Shown here piece by piece: positions 26,428 through 35,500 of a stretch of DNA of 54,138 nt. Origin of the DNA: a virus (lineage: Duplodnaviria > Caudoviricetes); the IMG/VR virus record IMGVR_UViG_3300034062_004821, positions 1 to 54,138 of that record; one strand, 5' to 3'. Numbering within the stretch: position 1 is the first letter of the stretch; every line of letters begins with the position of its first letter. Both the position numbers and the translations under genes were made by a program. Below the pieces are notes generated by a model that saw only the letters and a list, made by a program, of their open reading frames with translations, was not told the DNA's origin and did not search any database.

Positions 26428-26613
26428 ATGCAAAACCGCGAAATCAACACTGGCAAGTATACTTTCGACGGGGACATGGACCGCCTTTGTGTTTGCGGCC
26501 ATCGCCTTGGTATCCACACCGCCGCTCGCGTTCACATTAACGGAAAAACTCACCAGCCTTGTGACCGCGGCTGCAAGTGCGAGTGCTTCAGACCAGTCAA
26601 AGGAAAAAGATAA
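26428..26613 (+). CDS. Small Cys/His zinc-binding protein
   Basis: CVCGHRLGIH...CDRGCKCECF; GGAG RBS. Confidence 0.65.
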   Translation: MQNREINTGKYTFDGDMDRLCVCGHRLGIHTAARVHINGKTHQPCDRGCKCECFRPVKGKR

Positions 26614-26792
26614 TGCCCCGCTCTGACGCTCAGATTAGAGCCGAACAAGCACGAGACGAAAAATGGGTCAACGTCCAGTTTCGCGTTACCACAAGTGAAT
26701 ATCAGAAGATCAAGAAAAAGGCCGGCGAGCAGGCGGTATCCGGCTGGGCCAGGGACAAGATCCGACAAGCCGCCGGCATCAAGACAGACTGA
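26613..26792 (+). CDS. Ribbon-helix-helix regulator
   Basis: VNVQFRVTTSEYQKIKKKAG..VSGWARDKI; TAATG coupling. Confidence 0.7.
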   Translation: MPRSDAQIRAEQARDEKWVNVQFRVTTSEYQKIKKKAGEQAVSGWARDKIRQAAGIKTD

Positions 26793-26795
26793 AAG

Positions 26796-26826
26796 GAGGG
26801 TGGGCTCAGGTCCGCTCTCAGCTTTT
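26796..26826 (+). terminator. Hairpin between convergent transcription units
   Basis: GAGGGTGGGC-tcag-GTCCGCTCTC followed by agctttt. Confidence 0.45.
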
Positions 26827-27090
26827 ACAGATGGAAGGATCAAACCCTGCCGGCCTGAGATGATCGCACTCACAGAACAGGACGTTGTTGTGATCGCCGA
26901 TCATCTCAGCTGTCTCCGCCGTCAAAACATCCTGCCTTGAGATCAGGATGGGCTTTGAGGCGCAGATCGCTGATCGCCAGATGGCATCCTCAGTCGCGAT
27001 AATGATACCCTGGGAGGGCTTGGGTGCCGTCTGGCAGCTCAACAACGGCATCGCGAGCGCGCACGCTGTCAGCCTGGCGTACAATTTCAT
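26818..27090 (-). CDS. o-spanin (Rz1-like lipoprotein)
   Basis: MKLYARLTACALAMPLLSC lipobox; overlaps the i-spanin 3' end; ISRQDVLT..HN motif. Confidence 0.75.
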   Translation of the reverse strand: MKLYARLTACALAMPLLSCQTAPKPSQGIIIATEDAIWRSAICASKPILISRQDVLTAETAEMIGDHNNVLFCECDHLRPAGFDPSICKS

Positions 27091-27286
27091 GGGTCGTCTC
27101 CGTAATTTGACGTGTGACGGCTGCCTCAACTTCGGCAGCCTCTTTGTCGCGCTGGTCCGTGACCTCCTTGCGCGCTCGGGCCTTCTCTTTTTCCACATAC
27201 GCAAAGCCCACCATGAGGCCGGCAATCGCGAGCCAGACCCAGCCGGGAATGCGCTGCAGGAAGCTCCAGACAGATGCCAACGTCAT
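26990..27286 (-). CDS. i-spanin (Rz-like)
   Basis: N-terminal TM then coiled coil; ATGA-coupled to the endolysin. Confidence 0.75.
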   Translation of the reverse strand: MTLASVWSFLQRIPGWVWLAIAGLMVGFAYVEKEKARARKEVTDQRDKEAAEVEAAVTRQITETTHEIVRQADSVRARDAVVELPDGTQALPGYHYRD

Positions 27287-28416
27287 CGCAGGGGCCTCGT
27301 CGCTTTGGCATTGCCCCACGCCTGAACAGCCTCGCCGACAAGCATGACGCAGAAGCCTCCAACAAATTCCATGACGAGCGGATCTGAGACAGCGCCCAGG
27401 AGCGCATTGCTGCCGGTGAACAGCATCCACCCGCGCCCGATCATTATGAGCATCAAGCCGTAGAAGCGTCGGCTCATCCACATGGCCTTCGCGCTGCTGG
27501 ACCACTCCTCAGCCTTGCGTGTCCCATCCACAGCGCCAGTCTGCTGCCCGATGGGCACGGGCGGATCGGGAAGCCTGGGGGGAGCCGGAATGCGAACCGG
27601 CGGTGGCGCAGGGGCCTGTACCACCGCCGGACCTGTAGCGATAACGGAAGGAGACGCACCGCTTTGCGCGACAGGTTTTTCTGGGGCAGGCGCCGCCGGA
27701 GGCTGGACAGGCAGAGGGGGGGATACCTCCGGCGGCTCCGCCACTGTGACGCTTGGGATCGCCACGGCAGGGGGTGGCGGCTCAGGCTCAAACAGGTGTG
27801 CCTCAGCCGCCTCAGTAGGGACCGCCAGTGGATATCGCTGCGCGACCCGAAGAACGTCCTTGAAAGGGGTTTTGTAGATGACCTTGTCCGTGCCCGGCAG
27901 GCTGACGGGAGGCTCACGCTTCAATGCTATCGCATCTTCCTCGCAAGCTTCGGTCCAATCATATCCCAGATAAAGGCACGCCTCACTGTAACGACGCCTG
28001 AGCAAGCCACGGTAAGCCTGCTTGTGCCCGCCCTGTGTGGCGTAGATCCACATGCCGAAAGCAGCAGCCGCATCATCCACACGGTTGGCATTGGTCTCGC
28101 GCAGCACTGTGCTTTTTGCAAAGTTCTCCGCCCCGATATTGTAGGCGAGGGCTACGAGTGCGGAGAACTGATGCTGGGTGACCGGCACAGTGAGAGCTGC
28201 TGACACCGCCTGCTCAAACACACCGAGGGCATGCCTGAACATCTCAAGGGCATAATCCTCTGTGCATGTCTCGCCGGACTGCACAGGCCTGCCATCAGGG
28301 TGGAAGGTCACCCCGTAGCTTAACTCCCACGCCCCTCCCTCACACAGCCTAGCCTTGAGGCGAGGAGCGCCTTCGAACTGCTGGATCAGTCGCAGGCCAT
28401 CATCGCAGGTTTTCAT
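27283..28416 (-). CDS. GH24 lysozyme endolysin with Pro-rich linker and C-terminal two-TM (holin-like) domain
   Basis: GLRLIQQFEG, QHQFSALVALAYNIG, STVLR, GLLRRRYSE; C-terminal hydrophobic pair. Confidence 0.9.
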   Translation of the reverse strand: MKTCDDGLRLIQQFEGAPRLKARLCEGGAWELSYGVTFHPDGRPVQSGETCTEDYALEMFRHALGVFEQAVSAALTVPVTQHQFSALVALAYNIGAENFAKSTVLRETNANRVDDAAAAFGMWIYATQGGHKQAYRGLLRRRYSEACLYLGYDWTEACEEDAIALKREPPVSLPGTDKVIYKTPFKDVLRVAQRYPLAVPTEAAEAHLFEPEPPPPAVAIPSVTVAEPPEVSPPLPVQPPAAPAPEKPVAQSGASPSVIATGPAVVQAPAPPPVRIPAPPRLPDPPVPIGQQTGAVDGTRKAEEWSSSAKAMWMSRRFYGLMLIMIGRGWMLFTGSNALLGAVSDPLVMEFVGGFCVMLVGEAVQAWGNAKATRPLR

Positions 28417-29894
28417 GCCGCAACCCCCTCATATCGATAGTCCTCAACCTCTGCCGTCGGCCTGCCGCTCGCATCGATCCGGATGGTCAGCGGGATGCGT
28501 GCTGATTGCGGCTCAGAAGGCTCGATCGGAACATCTACAGCCCAGAGGGGCTCGCACAATGCAGCCTTGTGCGCCTCGCCCTGCACCAGCCGGATGCTCA
28601 GCTCAAGCTGGCCGGGAGCGGCATTGGTGAGGGTGAACGTCTCCTCGAAAGGATAGCTCACTCCTTTGGGCACAAGCACTGTGGCCACGCCATTGAGGCT
28701 CTCCACACACAAGGCATGGCTGGTGATATCCGCTATTGTGATGTCAGCCCGCCTGCCTTCCACAATGGCTGCTTTGATCGCGGCGCCCATGGCCACGACC
28801 ATCTCGGGGCTCTCGTCCCGCTTGGGCTTTTTGCCGAAGAAGACCTGAGCGGCCTCCCTCACTGAGGGCACCCTGGTCATGCCCCCGACCAGGAGGACAT
28901 CATGCAGATCCGTCACCGTGAAATTGGGATCAGAGCGCCGCACATCCTGTATCGCCGACTTGCAGGCATTCAGCATCCGCTCGCGCAGGTCCGCTGTCAG
29001 CTCTTCCAGCACCGCCTGACTGATGGGGTAGTCCATATGCAGCGAGACACCGTCTTTGGTCCTGCCGATGTCGTCCACCTTGAACCTTGTGTCGGGCTTC
29101 TCTGAGAGCCGCTTCTTGACAGCCTCAGCGGTGATCAGCACCCGCTGCATGGCTGCGTCACGCACGGCAAGATCAACACCATGCTCGGTGCGCCAGAGAT
29201 TGACGATGTAGTCCGCTATTCGTCGGTCATAGTCAGAACCGCCCAGATCCCGGATGCCATTGGTGGTGAGCACATCAACAAGCCCGCCCCCGGTCTGCAC
29301 GATGCTGACATCAAACGTCCCACCTCCGAGGTCGAAGACCGCAATGCGCCTTGCCCTCTTGGCGTCGAACCCGTAGGCAAGGGCTGCAGCTGTTGGCTCA
29401 TGCATCAGCTCAACCTGAGAGAGGCCCGCCATGCGCGCAGCCTCCTCAACGCAGGCCCGCTGAGGTTGGGTGAAATCCGCAGGAACACAGATTACGGCGC
29501 CCGTCACCAGCTCCCCGTCCGGCAAGCGCAGGTTAGCGGCCTGCACAAGCGCATTGATCAGGAAGGCTGTGAGTTCGGTTGGGGAGTATGTGGACCCATC
29601 AGGCCCACGGAAATGCACCGTGCCATCAGGCCCAGCGCATGTCTGATACCCCTGCTCCTCGTCTTCGAGCCACCGTTCAGCAAGCCGGCGCTTGAAATGC
29701 CGGTAGCAGAAATCCGGGTGCTTGCGCCCCGCCTCGATGGCATCCTGCCCGACAAGAACCTGATCCCCCACAATAGTAATCACGCTGGGCATGATCGTCG
29801 TCATGCCTTCGCCGATCTCCACCATGCGGGCGCCGCGACCGTCCCAGTAGGACACGCAGCTGTTCGTGGTGCCAACGTCAATTCCAATCCACAT
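28413..29894 (-). CDS. dnaK: Hsp70/DnaK-family protein lacking the C-terminal lid
   Basis: GIDVGTTNS, VPADF, EPTAAALAYG, FDLGGGTFDVS, LGGSDYD, LLVGGMTRVP, VAMGAA; linker and SBD-beta present; 493 aa. Confidence 0.95.
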   Translation of the reverse strand: MWIGIDVGTTNSCVSYWDGRGARMVEIGEGMTTIMPSVITIVGDQVLVGQDAIEAGRKHPDFCYRHFKRRLAERWLEDEEQGYQTCAGPDGTVHFRGPDGSTYSPTELTAFLINALVQAANLRLPDGELVTGAVICVPADFTQPQRACVEEAARMAGLSQVELMHEPTAAALAYGFDAKRARRIAVFDLGGGTFDVSIVQTGGGLVDVLTTNGIRDLGGSDYDRRIADYIVNLWRTEHGVDLAVRDAAMQRVLITAEAVKKRLSEKPDTRFKVDDIGRTKDGVSLHMDYPISQAVLEELTADLRERMLNACKSAIQDVRRSDPNFTVTDLHDVLLVGGMTRVPSVREAAQVFFGKKPKRDESPEMVVAMGAAIKAAIVEGRRADITIADITSHALCVESLNGVATVLVPKGVSYPFEETFTLTNAAPGQLELSIRLVQGEAHKAALCEPLWAVDVPIEPSEPQSARIPLTIRIDASGRPTAEVEDYRYEGVAA

Positions 29895-29903
29895 GGCTCA
29901 TCC

Positions 29904-31115
29904 CTATTCCGCAGCCCGGCCCATCCCCATCGCATCGCGCGCAAGGAAGGACGGGATGACTATGAGACGCTCGGCTTTTGCTCGCTCTGCTGCCCTCAGC
30001 TGACCATTCCCAAGACCCCCTGCGCGCGATCGTTTCTGCTGAGGCGTCAGCACAGGTTCAGGGAGAGGCTCGGGCGCCGGTGAGGGCGGTGCCGGCTCTG
30101 GAGGCGCAATAACAGCCGGGGCAATGGGAGCAGCGGGAACCTCCATGACAGGCGGCTGCTCGATCCTGGCTCTCTGCGCAATCAGAGCGGCCATTTCGTT
30201 CTGGTGCCGGAGTTCGGCAAGCTCGTCTTCTCTCTGCCGATCCCGCGCTGCATTGGCCCCGGAGAGATCCGTGATCAGCGCCCAGAGGCTGAGGGAGCGG
30301 GCACCTTCGAGGACGCAGAGCATCAGGATCAGCCAGACCCATGCCCAGAAGGCATTGGCGGCGCGTTCCTGCTGCTCGATCTGAAGGAGCCTCTTATCGG
30401 TGGTAGCCTGCTGAACCGGGCTGGCCTGCCCCTGCATGAGGTTGTCTTCTCTCGCCTTGAGAGTTGCCAGTTCAGACTGGATCGCCTCGCCCCTCGCCCT
30501 CATGGCGCTTTCCGTCCTGTCCTGCCGGATGCCGTCCACAGACCCGAAATAAAGCCCTTGAGCGAGGAGGAGCGATTGCGCTTTGCTGATCCCCTCCGGG
30601 CTCATGGAGGCCATGAGCTGCTGCTCTGTGCGAAGCTCTGCGATCTGCGTGCGGACGCGCTCCAGCTCTCCGCCTGTGCTCGCTATGGCTGCCTGCTGAG
30701 CCTGCCCGAGGGTGCCAGCCTCCTCGCCGGCAAGAGCCGCCTTGGCTTCAAGGCTTGCTGCGCTCTCTGCAAACCGCTCCGGCCAGACGACCTTGGCCCC
30801 GTTTTCCGCATTGTGAACACCCACAGCTGCGAGGCCCAAAAAGATGAAAGCCCCAGCCACCTTCCGAAGCGTTGTGCTGGCTGTCAGCGTGCGGATAAAC
30901 GCCACTGTGGCAAGAAGCTCTGCACCCAGAACCGCGATGATCATGCCCACCGTGGGAAGGAAGCTCAGAACAGACCAGTGAGCCGTGGCCACAATGCCAG
31001 TTACAGCAAGGGATGCGAGGCCCATGGTGATGATGACGACTGCGAAGAGTGCGAACTTGCGTGTCGCATCCGCTTCGTTCTTGAACTCAAGGAACTTGCT
31101 CAGAAATCGGTTCAT
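29904..31115 (-). CDS. Multi-TM coiled-coil protein with PG_binding_1-like insert
   Basis: Three N-terminal TMs, coiled coil, AQSLLLAQGLYFGSVDGIRQDRTESAMRA, fourth TM, Pro-rich tail. Confidence 0.8.
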   Translation of the reverse strand: MNRFLSKFLEFKNEADATRKFALFAVVIITMGLASLAVTGIVATAHWSVLSFLPTVGMIIAVLGAELLATVAFIRTLTASTTLRKVAGAFIFLGLAAVGVHNAENGAKVVWPERFAESAASLEAKAALAGEEAGTLGQAQQAAIASTGGELERVRTQIAELRTEQQLMASMSPEGISKAQSLLLAQGLYFGSVDGIRQDRTESAMRARGEAIQSELATLKAREDNLMQGQASPVQQATTDKRLLQIEQQERAANAFWAWVWLILMLCVLEGARSLSLWALITDLSGANAARDRQREDELAELRHQNEMAALIAQRARIEQPPVMEVPAAPIAPAVIAPPEPAPPSPAPEPLPEPVLTPQQKRSRAGGLGNGQLRAAERAKAERLIVIPSFLARDAMGMGRAAE

Positions 31116-31132
31116 TGCCCCTGCCCCGATGG

Positions 31133-31540
31133 TTATTGAATGCCGAAGATCATTCGGCTCGCCGCGAAGAGTGATCCGACGTCTTTTGCCAGTAGGACGA
31201 TGAGCAGGGCCACGCCCATGCGGGCATAGAGCACCATGGTCTTGCGCTGCTGAGTGGCGCGATCTTCTTCCCGCTTCACCTGCTCTGCGGCATGCTCTTT
31301 GAGGGCGTCCCTCATTGCGTCGGAAAACGCCATCTTCATCTCTGTGCGAAGCTCGCCCATAGCTCTCTCCCTCTCCTTGCGGACCTGGATCATCACTCTG
31401 TTCAGCTCGTCGGCCAGCATGCCCTTGTTGACCGTGCCGGACTGCGCCACTTTGAGCATGGCGATCTCAACGGTCAGGGCCGCGAAGCGCTCAAGATATT
31501 TTTCGGTGTCGGCCAGCCTGTCCCGCAGATGCTCTGTCAC
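31133..31540 (-). CDS. Coiled-coil protein with C-terminal TM (holin/anchor-like)
   Basis: Helical N-terminus, single C-terminal TM; in the lysis region. Confidence 0.65.
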   Translation of the reverse strand: MTEHLRDRLADTEKYLERFAALTVEIAMLKVAQSGTVNKGMLADELNRVMIQVRKERERAMGELRTEMKMAFSDAMRDALKEHAAEQVKREEDRATQQRKTMVLYARMGVALLIVLLAKDVGSLFAASRMIFGIQ

Positions 31541-31554
31541 TGTCGCCCCCCATT

Positions 31555-32259
31555 TCAGATTTCCCCGAGACGCGCGAACAGGCCGAGCAGGTATTCAATC
31601 TGCTGCTCGCGGACGAGATCCTCACCCACCATCCCGCGCGCGTTCCGCAGCTCGGCCAGTTCAACATTCAGAAGCTCAGACAGCCTGCGCCGGGATGTGC
31701 CCCGTATCGCTCTCACAGCATCTTCAAGGTGACGAGAAGAGCCGGGGGGATTGTCCACGACCATCTCAAGCAGGTCCTCGACCTCAAGCAGGTCCTCACC
31801 CGCCCTCACCGCATCAATCCTGGCCTTCAGCTCCTCCAGAGGGCCGAGCAGAACCTCTACAGAATTGTATACTGGCTCCGCCGCTTCAGATTGAGGCTCA
31901 GGCACGGTTTCGGGAGGCGGGGCGTCCGGTGCATCCTCGGCAACCGAAGGCGCTGCGGGCTCATCTTGGGCCTCCAGGGCCGCAAGCCTTGCCTCCAGAA
32001 GGGCAACGCGGGAGGCGCAGGAGCATGTCCCTCCCTCTGGCCGTGTTGCAGGCAGATCGATGTCATGGACCTGCTTGGTGATCAGCCGGACATCCTCTCC
32101 GGTGACATCAATGGTCCTGCCTGAGTGCAGGAGCCATCTCTGGGGATCGGAGGAATACGGATCCAGCCTCCCAAGCGTGGCGCCGTCCTGGTGCCTGTGG
32201 AAGGCGTATCGATCGCCTCGCAGGAAGAACTGATCGGGTCTGTGTCGAAGGCGGCGCAT
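31555..32259 (-). CDS. Hypothetical protein
   Basis: GGAG RBS; RVALLEARLAALE coiled coil, acidic Pro linker. Confidence 0.7.
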   Translation of the reverse strand: MRRLRHRPDQFFLRGDRYAFHRHQDGATLGRLDPYSSDPQRWLLHSGRTIDVTGEDVRLITKQVHDIDLPATRPEGGTCSCASRVALLEARLAALEAQDEPAAPSVAEDAPDAPPPETVPEPQSEAAEPVYNSVEVLLGPLEELKARIDAVRAGEDLLEVEDLLEMVVDNPPGSSRHLEDAVRAIRGTSRRRLSELLNVELAELRNARGMVGEDLVREQQIEYLLGLFARLGEI

Positions 32260-32276
32260 GGCGTCTCCGGGCAATG

Positions 32277-32309
32277 AAAAACCCCGCATCCTTTCGGAAA
32301 CGGGGCTTT
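32277..32309 (-). terminator. Rho-independent terminator ahead of the lysis/Hsp70 module
   Basis: Minus strand CCCCG..TCC-GAAA-GGA..CGGGG-TTTTT. Confidence 0.6.
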
Positions 32310-32345
32310 GGGGATGGATGTAGCGTGTGTTAAGAGCGAAGTTCA

Positions 32346-32567
32346 GTGATCGGGGGTGGTGAGATGAAGAAGTTTCTTGGCGGCGAAATGTTCATTTCGG
32401 CCATGGCGATGACGCTCTTCATGGGCCATGTAGAGTTGTTTTTGGGTCAGGGTCGCGTCAACCAGATCGTCATTGGCATGGTAATAACCGTGAGCGCGTT
32501 TGGCCTTATTCTTGGTCTAAACCTTGCTGCCACGCCATCAAGGCACAGGCGGAGGCGGAGACTTTGA
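32346..32567 (+). CDS. Small two-TM membrane protein (convergent)
   Basis: Two hydrophobic segments and a basic tail; start maybe at MKKF. Confidence 0.5.
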   Translation: MIGGGEMKKFLGGEMFISAMAMTLFMGHVELFLGQGRVNQIVIGMVITVSAFGLILGLNLAATPSRHRRRRRL

Positions 32568-35500
32568 TTTCCGCGATCCGGACTTGAAATAATCAAGAAG
32601 CGCCTGAAGCCCGAAGCCCTGCACCTTTTGGCTTTCAACCGGCGGCGGAGCTTTAGGTTTACGTGGACCGCGTGGCTTTGGCGGCGGTTTGGTGCTGGCT
32701 ATATACTGCTTGAGCGCAGCCTGCTCCGTCGCAGCCGCCACGATGTTGGGCTGCGGCTTGGCGTAAGCCGCTCCCAGTGATCCAATGATACGACCGCCAG
32801 CGACACCCATGCCAAGACGCTGCAGCAGCGTGTAATTCGCCACAGCGTTCTTGGCATCCTCAACACGCTTGTATGTCTCGTCGCTGGGATTGTCTTTCCA
32901 GGCTCTCTCAGCTTCGACGAGGTCCTTGTTAGCCTTGTCAATAAAAGGCTGCATGACGGCGGCTTCACCGCCAGAACCCAGAATCCAAGCAAGGTCTTTG
33001 CCTTTGACATAACGGGTCAACTGCTTCCAGAGATTGTCGTCCTGAAACAACTCATCTGCCGGCCTGGCATTGGGATTTGGCTTCCACTTGCCAACGCTGT
33101 CCTGCAAGAATGGAAGCTCATCCTTTTTAGCTCCACCCTTTTGCCACAGCTGATTGAGATTCGCCGGCCTGCTTTCATCAGCCCTGTTAAGCATCCCGGT
33201 GACCTCTTCCTTTGAGATCGGGGTGATCAGGCGATTTAGCTTTTGCGATGCCGCCTTCGCACCAGCGACGGAAGCTTTGGCGGCTGACCCGCGCATATAC
33301 TTCAATCCGAACCCGGCAAGAACGCCAGCCATAGTAGGCCCGTACTCACGAGCAGCCTCAATAAAGAAATTTGGACGGTTTCTCTGCAGGGCGTCACGCT
33401 CCATCAGGACCTTCACCTGCCCCTCAGCTTTATTCAGACGCTCATTGGCCGCGTTAAGCCTCTCCTCAATATTTGCTTTGAACTCCCTGATCGCCTTTCC
33501 GCTCAGAGTTTCTCTACCGCTCGAAAGGGACAGTATGCCATCTACACCTGTCGGTCCGAGATTGAACCCTTCCCGAGCCAGGCGTCTCTGCAGTTCCTTG
33601 TTGTCTGCTGTGCGGAAGAAGTTCTGATCCGCCATCAGCCCTTCAATCTCTTTGTTGAGCTGAGCAATCTTCGCCATTTCCGCCTGAAGCTGCTGCTCGA
33701 TTTCTGACGAGCTGTCGGCCTCCGCTTCACCAGCCATTGCGCCCAATGCACCGCCAATAGCACCGCCACCGATCATGCGGCCAATGCTGGAAGAACCAGG
33801 CGGTCCCTTGGGGCCCTTGCCAAGGCGTTGTGCTGGAGGCGGGGGACCTCCGGGACCAGAAGCGATAGGCGGAAGCGATCCGCCCCCGCTTTTGAGGGCG
33901 GGGGCGGCTGAACTCTCAAGCATTTGCTTGGCTAAAGACACAACGTCCGGCGGTAACTTCGCGAGCACTTCCTCTTCTCGCGCAATTGATCTTTCAAAAA
34001 CTCCAACAGCAACTCGTTCGTCAGATGTAATTTCTGATTTGCCTAAAAGGGCATCAAGACGGGCGCGCGAACTGGAAATCGCACTTAGACTTTCAGCCGC
34101 CTGAATAACATCCCTATCAGCCAGTGCTTTTGAAAAATCCGGGTCGAGCGTTCCAACGTGCCTAACTGGTCGAATTGATGGGTAGCCGTCTGAGTCTTTT
34201 CCGACCACCTTACCCTCGTATATGTGGCCTTCAAAATTTTTCCCACTTTTCACAAAAGGAGAATTATACTCCCCAAGTCTACGCGCCAAATACGATCGCG
34301 ACCATCCACGTTTCAGTTCAACAGCAGATAATCCGTCATGCAGCAGACCTGTCTGATAGTCTTTGCTTTTCGCGCCTGCGCGCATGTCAAACTTAGGCCC
34401 GTTTGACCAGCGTATAAAAAGCGGACCTTCTGCGGATGCAATTAATTTTTCTACGTCGGCTAACTTTAGCATCCGCTCACTCTGCCCAATCTCAGATGAG
34501 TCATCAAGCCGGCTTGCCGTCGGAGGCCCTTTCACGGGCGGCGGCTGAACTGGCTCCTGCGTAGCCATTGCAGATGACTTTGGAGGGCCAAGACTGCTCT
34601 CCTGAGGGCCACCTATCATGCGGACGATCTGCTGGTCATCGGGAACGTCCTGCGTAGTCCAGGGAGGATTTGCGCGCCTTTCGTAGGGCGTCATATTCCT
34701 GCGTATCTGTACGTTGCGGGCTTCTACCTCTCCGGCAAGGCGGCGGTAGATGTCTCGTGCAGCGCTTTCCTGAGCCGCCCTGCTAAGAGGGTGGTATGGG
34801 TCCTTCCGGGCCTCGCGGATGTCCTTCACCATGCCATTGTACTGACGGCGCACTTCGGATTTCGGTACGCCTGCAAACGTCGGGTTCGCCGCAAACTGCT
34901 CATAGGTCGGAGGCGTCAGCTGACGATCGACCTGACGCATCCATTCCGGACGTAGTTCGTCACTCATGTAAGCGCTGCTTGGCGACCCGCCAGCGGCAAA
35001 GCCTTCCAATTCCTGTATGGCGTGCTGGTTCTCATGCAGGGCGGTTGATTTGACGCCTCCAGCTCCAAATCCGCGACTGCGAAGGCTGATCATGTCAGCG
35101 CCAGGATAGAACGCTCCGCTGCGACCCGTGTTGGGGTCCTCCACCACCTGGATGTCACGGGATGTCGGATAAGCTGCGTAGGCATCCTCATGTTCCAGAA
35201 CATTGCCGAGAGATGTGGTCCGACCCTCCTCAGGCATCCGATCAAGACGGAAGCCGGACTTGCTGTCATCGATCTCGAAGCGCCATTTGCCATCACGGCT
35301 CCTTCCCCAGCCAGTCTCACGCCAGATCTGGTCACGGCCACCGCCAGCCTTTTCCATCTGCTTGGCAATTCCAAGAAGACGCTTGTCAGCGGTCTTGGCG
35401 TTCTCTCCACCAAATGTGCGTGTGGTCGCCCCGTCAGGAACCGCGCCCCTGCCAGAAGCATTGCGCGCCCGGGCGAGGCCTGCAGCCGTAAGACCGCCAA

